Shown here: positions 11,102 through 19,473 of the stretch, piece by piece
Numbering within the stretch: the first letter of the stretch is position 1
Layout of the letters: every line of letters starts with the position of its first letter
Source: an uncultured Planctomycetota bacterium
GTDB taxonomy: Bacteria > Planctomycetota > Planctomycetia > Isosphaerales > Isosphaeraceae
Assembly: GCA_963823665.1 (NCBI GenBank)
Contig: CAWGMQ010000005.1
Location: forward strand, 512,001 to 576,000
Direction of reading: 5' to 3'
DNA length: 64,000 bases
Notes under the pieces: generated by a model
Told to the model about the DNA's origin: nothing
The model's database searches: none
Seen by the model: the letters and a program-made list of their open reading frames with translations, nothing else
Position numbers and translations under genes: made by a program

Positions 11102-11737
11102 TGGCCCCTCCTTGGGCGAGTGGTGATTCCCTGCGGTTCCATTTACACCGTTGGTAGGCCAATTCTCGTTCGCAGGGCATTCAGAGACATTGTCGTCATT
11201 GGCCCGCGGCGTCCGCTCGCCCATCATCATGTAACCATCCTCCTTGAGAGGAGCGGATACGAAAAGATTTGCTCTCTTTCCATTGTCTGCACGCCCCGCG
11301 CCAAAACACAAGTGAAAGTGAAGATTTTGTGAAGGACAGGCGAATCAGCCGTTTAGTCTAGACACAGTGGTGAGCGCCTGCAACGAAAAAGATCAGAGCA
11401 GTACCCCGCAGGCCTGCTGACGCCCGCGCAAATGCGGCAGCCGTTTTCACCCCTCGTTTTCGGTCGATCGCCGAAAAACAAAGACAAGCATTGCAATGCT
11501 GACGCGCACGCGCGGATTGGGTGAACTCTGCCAACCACACCAGGAGACCCGAGCGTGGCGATTGCTCGTGCGCATTTCAGCCCTTGGCGCCTCCTGTTGC
11601 GGGCACGTCCCGCACCCTCGCCCGACGGCACCGACCGCTCCTCACCAACGCTTCCCTTCCACCCCGCGCCCCGTTTATCATGACCAATCACCCCCGCGTT
11701 CCGCCCGCTCCCGCGGCGGCCGGAGGCGCCCGGAGCC

Positions 11738-14701
11738 GTGCCGATGCCACGCCGCCCTGATGCACCCCGCGACCTGCTCCTCGGCCTGCTCGCGCTCGAC
11801 AACGGCATCGTCGCCCGCGACCAGCTTCTCACCGCCTTCGACACATGGACCGCGTCCGATCGCCCGATGGCCGAGATCCTCACCGAGCAAGGGGCCCTGA
11901 GCCCCACGCGCCGCGCCCAGCTCGAGACCCTCGCTGCCGAGCACCTCGCCACCCACAGCCATGACCCCGCCAAGAGCCCTGCGACGCTCGACCTGAACAG
12001 CACGACCCAGGCAGACCATTTGCCCGCTGAAGGGTCAGGCATCGACGCCACAATCGTCCACATCAGCGGCAACTCGGGAGCCGACGCCAACGACCGCGAC
12101 GCCACCTTCACACTCCGCACCACCGCGGCCGGCAGCGAGCGCTTTCGCGTCCTGAGACCGCACGCCCGCGGCGGGCTCGGGGCCGTCTTCGTAGCGCTCG
12201 ACAAGGAACTGAAGCGCGAGGTGGCACTGAAGCAGCTCCTGGACCGCCACGCCGATGACCCTGTCAGCCGCATGCGCTTCCTGGCCGAGGCCGAGATCAC
12301 CGGCGGGCTCGAACACCCGGGGATCGTGCCCGTCTACTCGCTCGGGTCAGACGGCGACGGCCGCCCCTACTACGCAATGCGCCTCATCCGCGGCGACAAC
12401 CTCCAGGAGGCAATCGATCAGTTCCACGCGGATACCACGCTCAAGCTGGACCCGGGCCGCCGTTCGCTCGAGCTGCGCAAACTACTGCGCCGCTTCCTCG
12501 ACGTCTGTAATGCCCTTGAATATGCCCACAGCCACGGCGTGCTCCACCGGGACATCAAACCCGGCAACATCATCGTCGGCCGGCACGGCGAGACCCTTGT
12601 CGTCGACTGGGGACTGGCCAAGCACATCGGCGAAGTCCAGCCGTCGCACGATCCAACCGAGCAGGCGCTCATGCCCGGTTCGGCATCCGGCAGCGCCGAG
12701 ACACTCCCCGGCACGGCGATGGGAACGCCGGCCTACATGAGCCCCGAGCAGGCCGCGGGTGACCTCGACCGGCTCGAGCCGCGCTCCGATGTGTACTCGC
12801 TCGGCGCCACGCTCTATAGCGTGATCACCGGCAAGCCCCCGTTCGACGGCGAGGTACGCGAGGTCCTCCGCAAGGTCAAGAGCGGCGAGTTCCTCCCGCC
12901 ACGGCAGATCGACCCGGCGATCGACCGCGCCCTCGAAGCCATCTGCTGCAAGGCGATGGCCGTGAAGGGCGAGGATCGCTATTCGTCGTGCACGGCGCTG
13001 GCCGACGACGTCGAGCGGTGGATGGCCAACGAGCCCGTCTCGGCCTACCGCGAGCCCTGGACGCGCGCCCTCAGCCGCTGGCTGACCCGGCACCGCACGG
13101 GCGTGACCGCGGTGGCGGCGGCCTTGCTGGCAGGCCTGCTCGGGCTGACGGCCTTGGCCGTCCAGCAGGCCCAGTCAAACGCGGCGCTCAAGCTTGCCAA
13201 TGGCGCGACCCTCGACGCGCTCGGCCAGGCGCGCCAGGCCGGCGATGCAGCCCGGGCCGCCCTGGTCCTGTCGGAACTGTCGCGCAAAGAGGCCGAGGCC
13301 GTGAGCGACTTCATGGTCGACGCGCTCAAGAAGCCCGACCCCTCGGTTGACGGCAAGGACGCCAAGGTGGCCGACGTGCTCGATCAGGCGGCAAGAGCGC
13401 TCGAGCAAGGGTTCGCCGGTTCGGCCCAGAGCCAGGGAGCACTGCTTGACGCTCTGGGCCGGTCGTACCTCGGATTGGGGCTGTACCAGAAGGCCGAAGA
13501 ATCCCACCGCAAAGCGCTCGAAACGCGTGAGAAAGCGCTCGGGCCAGCGCACGGCGAGACCCTCCGCAGTGCGACGCGTCACGCCGCGGCGGTGTGGTAC
13601 GCCGGCCGGCACGCCGAGGCGCTCTCGCTCCTGGAGCAGGCGCTGGCCCGGCAGCGCGAAGTGCTCGGGTTCGATGACGACGTCACGCTCGAAACCCGAG
13701 ACTGCCTCGGCTGGCGATACACCGCCATCGGCCGGGCCGACAAGGGGATTGCGATGCTTCGCGCAGTGGTTGACGCGCGCGAGTCAAAGCTCGGCCCGGA
13801 CCACCCCGATACGCTCACCAGCCGCAACAACCTCGCCGCGGTCTACTCCCTCGCCGGCCGGAACGACGACGCGATTCCCCTGCTCGAGGCGACGCTCCGT
13901 CAGAAGGAGCTAGCGCTCGGGCCCAACCACCCCGACACCCTCGCCAGCCGCAGCAATCTCGCCAGCGTCTACCACTCCGCCGGCCGGTACGCCCACGCGA
14001 TCCGCTTGCACGCCGAGACGCTCGGGCAGAAGGAGTCAAAGCTCGGCCCCGACCACCCCGACACGCTCATCAGCCGGATTCAGCTCGCGAGCGCGTATCA
14101 ATCGGCCGGCCAGTACGCCGACGCCATCGGCCTGCACCAGGCGACGCTCAAAGCGAGTGAGTCGAGACTCGGCCCCGGCCACCCCGACACGCTCACCAGC
14201 CGCGTGTCGCTCGCCGGTGCGTACGAGGCGCTAGGCCGCTGGCCCGAAGCCGAGGTCCTACGGCGCGAGAATCTGGCCCTCCGCCGTGCGCGCGAGAAGC
14301 CCGACAGCCCAGTGCTTGGCAGCGACCTTGTCGACCTCGGCCGCAACCTCTTGAAACAGGGGAAGGGCTCCGAGGCCGAGCCGCTCTTGCGCACCTGCCT
14401 GGCAATCCGGGAGAAGGCGATCCCCGACGACTGGCGGCGATTCTTGACGATGAGTCTGCTCGGCGGGGCGATCTTGGAAGAGGGTCGACACGCGGAAGCC
14501 GAGCCGCTCGTCGTCGCCGGCTACGAGGGGCTCAAGTTCCGCGAGGCGAAGATGCCCGCCGCAAGCAAGGTCTTGCTGCTTGAAGCGGCCGGGCAGGTGG
14601 TGAGGCTGTACAAAGAGTGGGGAAAGCCCGAGCAGGCCCAGTCGTGGGCCACGAAAGTCGGCCTGGCCGATCTGCCCGCCGACGTGTTTGCAAAACCGTG
14701 A
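11738..14701 (+). CDS. Ser/Thr protein kinase with TM helix and TPR repeats
   Basis: HARGGLGAV, VALK, HRDIKPGN, DWGLAK, GTPAYMSPEQ, DVYSLG; LGPDHPDTL TPR units. Confidence 0.95.
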   Translation: MPMPRRPDAPRDLLLGLLALDNGIVARDQLLTAFDTWTASDRPMAEILTEQGALSPTRRAQLETLAAEHLATHSHDPAKSPATLDLNSTTQADHLPAEGSGIDATIVHISGNSGADANDRDATFTLRTTAAGSERFRVLRPHARGGLGAVFVALDKELKREVALKQLLDRHADDPVSRMRFLAEAEITGGLEHPGIVPVYSLGSDGDGRPYYAMRLIRGDNLQEAIDQFHADTTLKLDPGRRSLELRKLLRRFLDVCNALEYAHSHGVLHRDIKPGNIIVGRHGETLVVDWGLAKHIGEVQPSHDPTEQALMPGSASGSAETLPGTAMGTPAYMSPEQAAGDLDRLEPRSDVYSLGATLYSVITGKPPFDGEVREVLRKVKSGEFLPPRQIDPAIDRALEAICCKAMAVKGEDRYSSCTALADDVERWMANEPVSAYREPWTRALSRWLTRHRTGVTAVAAALLAGLLGLTALAVQQAQSNAALKLANGATLDALGQARQAGDAARAALVLSELSRKEAEAVSDFMVDALKKPDPSVDGKDAKVADVLDQAARALEQGFAGSAQSQGALLDALGRSYLGLGLYQKAEESHRKALETREKALGPAHGETLRSATRHAAAVWYAGRHAEALSLLEQALARQREVLGFDDDVTLETRDCLGWRYTAIGRADKGIAMLRAVVDARESKLGPDHPDTLTSRNNLAAVYSLAGRNDDAIPLLEATLRQKELALGPNHPDTLASRSNLASVYHSAGRYAHAIRLHAETLGQKESKLGPDHPDTLISRIQLASAYQSAGQYADAIGLHQATLKASESRLGPGHPDTLTSRVSLAGAYEALGRWPEAEVLRRENLALRRAREKPDSPVLGSDLVDLGRNLLKQGKGSEAEPLLRTCLAIREKAIPDDWRRFLTMSLLGGAILEEGRHAEAEPLVVAGYEGLKFREAKMPAASKVLLLEAAGQVVRLYKEWGKPEQAQSWATKVGLADLPADVFAKP
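13781..14230 (+). repeat. 126-nt coding tandem repeat (42-aa TPR units)
   Basis: ctcggccc..accaccccga.acgctc..cagccg recurs near 13781, 13907, 14033 and 14159. Confidence 0.85.
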
Positions 14702-14717
14702 GCGGATCCAGCTCGGA

Positions 14718-14809
14718 ATCGGTTTAACGAGGAAATGATCGAAGTCACCCCCCATCGCGCGCGACCGGGTGTCTTCGGATGCAAAGGCCGTGAGAGCGAC
14801 GAGGGTCAT
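14718..14809 (-). pseudogene. Response-regulator receiver C-terminal remnant
   Basis: LVALTAFASEDTRSRAMGGDFDHFLVKP closely resembles LVAFSAYGSAESRSRAKEVGFDHFLVKP of 28712..29164. Confidence 0.65.
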
Positions 14810-14825
14810 TGTCTTGGGACGCGAA

Positions 14826-14844
14826 AAAGGTGCCAGGAACCTTT
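14826..14844. repeat. REP-like palindrome family A, copy 1
   Basis: AAAGGT-GCCAGGA-ACCTTT; second copy at 34394. Confidence 0.65.
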
Positions 14845-15081
14845 GTCCACACTCTGGACTTCCTGCTCGTTAATCGCATCTTGCGCCACACCCGCCCCCA
14901 AATTCCGCCGGTCTCCCCGCCAGGCATCAACCCAGCCCCGACCGTCGAGCTAATGTGGACCGTTCCCTTCTAAAGCCCTCAGGCTCGTTCACCATCTCAT
15001 TACCTCCAAGTCCAGGTTGCAACGCGCGTTCTTTTAGAGTCTCTTCGTCGTCGTCGTCTTCTATACATAGCGCAAAGTCTA

Positions 15082-15110
15082 TTGACTGATCATAGCCTTT
15101 AAGCTATACT
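15082..15110 (+). promoter_or_regulatory. Sigma70-type promoter with overlapping inverted-repeat operator
   Basis: TTGACT-17 nt-TATACT; ATAGC-N6-GCTAT at 15092..15107. Confidence 0.75.
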
Positions 15111-15116
15111 TGCGGC

Positions 15117-15489
15117 ATGTGGGAAGTAGCGACGACGGCCGAGTTCGACGACTGGTTCGCCGATCTGGGCGAAGACGCGCAGGTCGAACTCATCGCCAAG
15201 GTAGGGTTTGCTGAGGCTGTTGGGTCCGCAACTCGGGCGACCGCATGCGGACACGCTCAACGATTCAAAGCACTCCAACATGAAAGAACTTCGGGCGGAC
15301 ACGAGGGATCAGGTGTTGCGCGTCGCTTTCGCATTCGATCCCGATCGGTCGGCAATCTTGCTTCTGGGCGGCAACAAGTCCGGCGTCAGCCAGAAGCGCT
15401 TCTACAAGCAACTGATCGCCAGGGCGGACGCCCTATACGACGAGCACCTAAAGAAGATCGCCGCGCGAAAGAAAGGCAAGGGAAAGTAG
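15117..15489 (+). CDS. Type II TA toxin, RelE/ParE superfamily (Gp49/HigB-like); frameshift near 15205
   Basis: MWEVATTAEFDDWF...GPQLGRPHADTL.DSKHSNMKELR...RVAFAFDPDRSAILLLGGNK. Confidence 0.85.
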
Positions 15490-15490
15490 C

Positions 15491-15829
15491 ATGGCTAAAT
15501 CATTCGACGAACTGGTCAAGCGCACGACTACGAAAAAGACGCGTGACCGTGCGGCTGCTCGCACGGGGGAGCTCCTGGACGAGTTGCTGCTCAGTGAAAT
15601 CCGTGAGCAGGCGGGCAAGAGCCAGCGGCAAGTCGCCGACGCGCTGGGCATCAAGCAACCGAGCCTGTCGAAGCTGGAGAAGCAATCCGACATGCAAATT
15701 TCGACCCTGCGCCGCATCGTGAACGCACTGGGCGGGGAGTTGGAAGTCTCCGCGAGGTTCCCCGTGGGAACCGTGAAGATCGAGCCGTTCAATCCCAGAT
15801 CTCCCGCAGCCGCTCGGCGTGCTCGTTGA
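15491..15829 (+). CDS. XRE-family HTH antitoxin (HigA-like)
   Basis: SQRQVADALGIKQPSLSKLEKQSDMQISTL; 1 nt after toxin stop. Confidence 0.88.
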   Translation: MAKSFDELVKRTTTKKTRDRAAARTGELLDELLLSEIREQAGKSQRQVADALGIKQPSLSKLEKQSDMQISTLRRIVNALGGELEVSARFPVGTVKIEPFNPRSPAAARRAR

Positions 15830-16679
15830 AGCGGAACTTCTCCCGTTCCTTGCGGGGCTGCCGAACATCGCATACTCCCAGTCGAAGTACACTTTGAGGA
15901 ATTTGTTTAGATACCAGTTGAAGCCGACGTCGACCATCTGGGCTTCATTCGAGCAAATTGAGGCTGCCGAAGGATTCCTGGAATGAGAACTCGTATGAGA
16001 ATGGCCTGGTGAGGTGCCCGTAAAAGTAGACGCGGGTCCGAGGGCTCGTGATGCCGCTGCTGGCATAATCCTGATTCGGGTTTGCATAGATCCGCGCGTC
16101 GAGCTGCTGCATCGCACGGATGCCGAAGTTGAACTCGTCGTCGTCCGTACCCCACCGGAGCCCGTCGTTGGCGTAGTCGTAGTAGCCGCCCGCCAGCGAT
16201 AACTTGCCGAGTTGCCGATTTCCAATGACCTGGGCGCGCCCGGTCGTCGTCGGGTCGCCGCCGCCGGATGCCGACCCACCCCCGAGTGACGACGATATCG
16301 AGTACGATGTTCCGCCCCCGCCGACGAAGCCGCCGCCCTCGCCCACGTCGGGCCGCGGATCGATGGATGTAGGAGGGAACGGCTGACTCTGGTTCCGATT
16401 CGCAGACTTGAGCTCCTCGACCTCGTGTGAGAGCTCTGCGTTCTGCTTCGTCACCTCGTCGAGACGTTGCTCCATCCTCTGGAGGCGATCGAGCAGCTCT
16501 TGCTGGACATTCGAAGGAGAAACGGCTGTCGGTGGCAGGGCGTCAACCGGCGGAATGGGCGGCGATCCCCCCTGGCCCATGGCGCCACCGCACCAGCCAG
16601 CGAGCGTCCAGACCAGGGTCATCATCGAAAGCCAGCGAGACCTGCCGGAATCGATGATCCGAACCATTGGGATTCCCAC
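15830..16679 (-). pseudogene. OprO/OprP-like anion-selective porin with large internal deletion
   Basis: Signal peptide, coiled coil and first beta strands end at SFGSLNLL, then jump out of frame to C-terminal DVGFNWYLNKFLKVYFDWEYA. Confidence 0.7.
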
Positions 16680-17023
16680 CTGTCCGACTTATCGCGGAGA
16701 GCCGCACCGATCGGGCCAGGTTCTGGATCGCAGGAGGACAAAGATCTGAATTATATCCCGGGTGGGAAACGGGCTGGGATGTGCGATCCTATTCGCCTGC
16801 GTGGATGTTACCATTTGCTCTGAAACGAGCGATTTGGCGCGGGACCGCGGCCGCGAATTGACACATCTTCGTTATCGTCGACCTTGCGCACTGCCTTCAG
16901 CAAAAAATGCCAGTCGTGACGATTTTTCCGGATGCCAGGGTCTCGCGGAACGTGCCTTCGGGGCGTTTGCGATTCCTCCCCTGCACTGAGCTGCCGGGCG
17001 ACCCCATTCGAGAACGTCGACCT

Positions 17024-18199
17024 TCAAGTCCCATCCTTGGACGCGATGAACACGTCGCGGCGGGGGAACCGCTCGAACTGCGAAGCCGGCCTACCGAAGT
17101 TGGTGGCGAGCACGTCGGGCGGATTGCCGGCGATCCATTCCGACAGATCGATCTCCTCGTAGACCCCGGAGTTGAACCCGATGAGGACGCGGCACTTCCC
17201 GTCGCCAACGTTTTCGATCGAGTGCCCGTACCCTTGCGGGGAGAAACCGACGTCACCCTTCTCGAACGTCTCCGTCCGGTAGCGCCCGCCCGACCCGAAC
17301 AGTGTCATGCTGACCTTACCCTCGAGGATGTACTGCCACTCGTCGGCGCTGGGGTGCCAGTGCAACTCCCTCAGCGCACCGGGCTCGAGTTCGAGGACCG
17401 CGCCTGCCATGGTCTTGGAGATGGGAAACTTGGTGGAATCGACCAGCCACAGCCGGCCTCCCTTGTTGTTGACGCGCGGGTCGTTGGCGAGGAGCTGCCA
17501 CTTGTGCGTCGATGGCGGCTGTTTCGGGCCCGCGAGCGGGTCAGCCGCCCGCTTGGGCGGCACCGTGCCCCGCGCGAAATACACCTCCTTCTTCGGGAAC
17601 CCATCGAAGGCCGATTCGGGGAGGCCGAAGTTCTTCGCCAACAGCGCGCTGGGAGCGTGGCCCATCCAGTCGGTGATGCTGAAAGTGCCGAACTCGGAGA
17701 AGTAGCCGTTGTCGAAGATCAGGACGAAGTGGCACGGCTCGTGGCCGAGGCACTCCAGCATGTGGCCGTGGCCGCGCGGGAAATACCACACGTCCCCCGG
17801 CTCGAAGTCATTCGTCTCCGTGTACCCCCCCGGGCCGAGGACGGTCGTCCGGACTCGTCCCTTGTCCACGAACGCCCACTCGGCTGCGGTGGCATGCCAG
17901 TGGAGCTCGCGCATGGCGCCCGGGGCCAGCGTCATCGAAACCCCGGCGATCCCCTTCGAGATCGGAAGCTGCTTGACCGTGGCCTCTCTGGCTTCGCTGC
18001 CGTCGCTGATCTTCCCTTTCGACTTCTCCAGCTCGAACTTGAATGTCGGCAGCTCTTCACCCGCGAGTAGCGGGTCCGGGACGTTGTTCATGAAGCTCGG
18101 ATCGCCGGCCTCGGCAGCCCTCGGGCTCGCCAGCGCCGCGGCAGCCGCGGCGCTGAGCCCCGCACCCGCCAGGAATTCACGCCTCTGCAACTTGGACAT
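17024..18199 (-). CDS. oxdC: Oxalate decarboxylase-family bicupin with Tat signal
   Basis: QRREFL Tat motif; RELHWH..AEW and RELHWHPSADEW Mn-binding motifs; lid loop SEFGT keeps the Glu of B. subtilis SENST; AGGAGA RBS. Confidence 0.85.
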   Translation of the reverse strand: MSKLQRREFLAGAGLSAAAAAALASPRAAEAGDPSFMNNVPDPLLAGEELPTFKFELEKSKGKISDGSEAREATVKQLPISKGIAGVSMTLAPGAMRELHWHATAAEWAFVDKGRVRTTVLGPGGYTETNDFEPGDVWYFPRGHGHMLECLGHEPCHFVLIFDNGYFSEFGTFSITDWMGHAPSALLAKNFGLPESAFDGFPKKEVYFARGTVPPKRAADPLAGPKQPPSTHKWQLLANDPRVNNKGGRLWLVDSTKFPISKTMAGAVLELEPGALRELHWHPSADEWQYILEGKVSMTLFGSGGRYRTETFEKGDVGFSPQGYGHSIENVGDGKCRVLIGFNSGVYEEIDLSEWIAGNPPDVLATNFGRPASQFERFPRRDVFIASKDGT

Positions 18200-18605
18200 G
18201 GGAAGTCTCCTTGGTTGATCCGTGTGTGGGATGGGCACGGAGAGACTGCGATCAAAAGCGCCCGCTAATCGAGGATGCGTCACCCGCATTCGGCCGCCTG
18301 GTCTGTCTCCAGACGCACGATGACTGGGGCCTCCGCTAGTTACCTGGACAAGGAGTATCACAAATAACGAGGGAGCGTCCTTGCAACACTTGTACCGCGG
18401 AGGTCTTGCGGTGGCAAGGAGGGGAGTTACGCCGACCAGTTTCTCAGAGTTCGACGAAGCACGCGCACTTGGCACGAGAAATGCCCTCTGCGCTCCCATC
18501 ACGATCCGCATCGTGATTGTCGAGCGGCCACTTGATCAGTCCGCACACCGACCATACGCTGATGAAGCACGTCGTCGTCGAGATCACAGCGTCGGGGGCG
18601 GAATC

Positions 18606-19466
18606 ATGATCAAGATCTGCCGCAGGACGGGCGTTGCGAGCGTCGAAGTGGGGCGAGTGACCGGATCGCTCTGCGTGCCCTCGTCCGACGAGCTCTCGGT
18701 GGAGGAACCGCTGGAGATCCGCCTGGCGGCTCAGCCCGCGGACGCCGCGCCGACCTCGGTCGCCGTGACGATGCGGACGCCAGGCGACGACGTGGACCTG
18801 GCGGCTGGCTTTCTCTTCACCGAGGGAATCATCGCCGGGGCCGCAGATATCGAGAGCATCAGGCGAGCCGGCGTGAACGCCGTGGAGGCGAAACTTCGGC
18901 CTGGCGTCGTCCTGGACGCGGCCAGACTCGACCGTCACTCGTTCGTCTCTTCGAGCTGTGGCGCGTGCGGCAAGCGGTCGATTGCCGCGGTTCGCGTGGC
19001 GAGCCGCCACCCGATCACCCCGGGATTGCCGCGCTTGTCGCCCGAGGTGATTCACGGCCTGCCGCGGGCGCTCCGAATTAGCCAGTCAGCGTTTGCACGG
19101 ACGGGCGGCATCCACGCCTCGGGCCTCTTCGATGCTGAGGGCCGTCTGCTCGTGCTCCGGGAGGACGTCGGCCGCCACAACGCCCTGGACAAGCTGATCG
19201 GCTCCGAGCTGCTCGCCGGGCGCATCCCGCTGACGGGCGGGATAGTCCTGGTCAGCGGCCGGGTGAGCTTCGAGCTGGTACAGAAGGCGGCGATCGCCGG
19301 CGTCCCGGTGCTCGGGGCCGTCGGGGCCCCGTCAAGTCTGGCGGTCGACCTGGCCCGCGAGTGCGGGATGACGCTGCTCGGCTTCGTCCGCGATGCGCGC
19401 TTCAACGTCTACTCCGATTCCGGCCGGATCGATCCGGCCTACAACCTGACCCATTCCGCGTCGTGA
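18606..19466 (+). CDS. fdhD: Formate dehydrogenase accessory sulfurtransferase
   Basis: VEEPL, TMRTPG, SSCGACG, TGGIH, REDVGRHNALDKLIG. Confidence 0.95.
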   Translation: MIKICRRTGVASVEVGRVTGSLCVPSSDELSVEEPLEIRLAAQPADAAPTSVAVTMRTPGDDVDLAAGFLFTEGIIAGAADIESIRRAGVNAVEAKLRPGVVLDAARLDRHSFVSSSCGACGKRSIAAVRVASRHPITPGLPRLSPEVIHGLPRALRISQSAFARTGGIHASGLFDAEGRLLVLREDVGRHNALDKLIGSELLAGRIPLTGGIVLVSGRVSFELVQKAAIAGVPVLGAVGAPSSLAVDLARECGMTLLGFVRDARFNVYSDSGRIDPAYNLTHSAS

Positions 19467-19473
19467 GGTAATC

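Noticed and set aside
13781..14230. CRISPR-like periodic repeat
   Set aside because: 126-nt in-frame coding TPR units with no spacers and no cas genes
15195..15215. Programmed frameshift regulating the toxin
   Set aside because: No clear slippery site, and indistinguishable from the many other indels in the window
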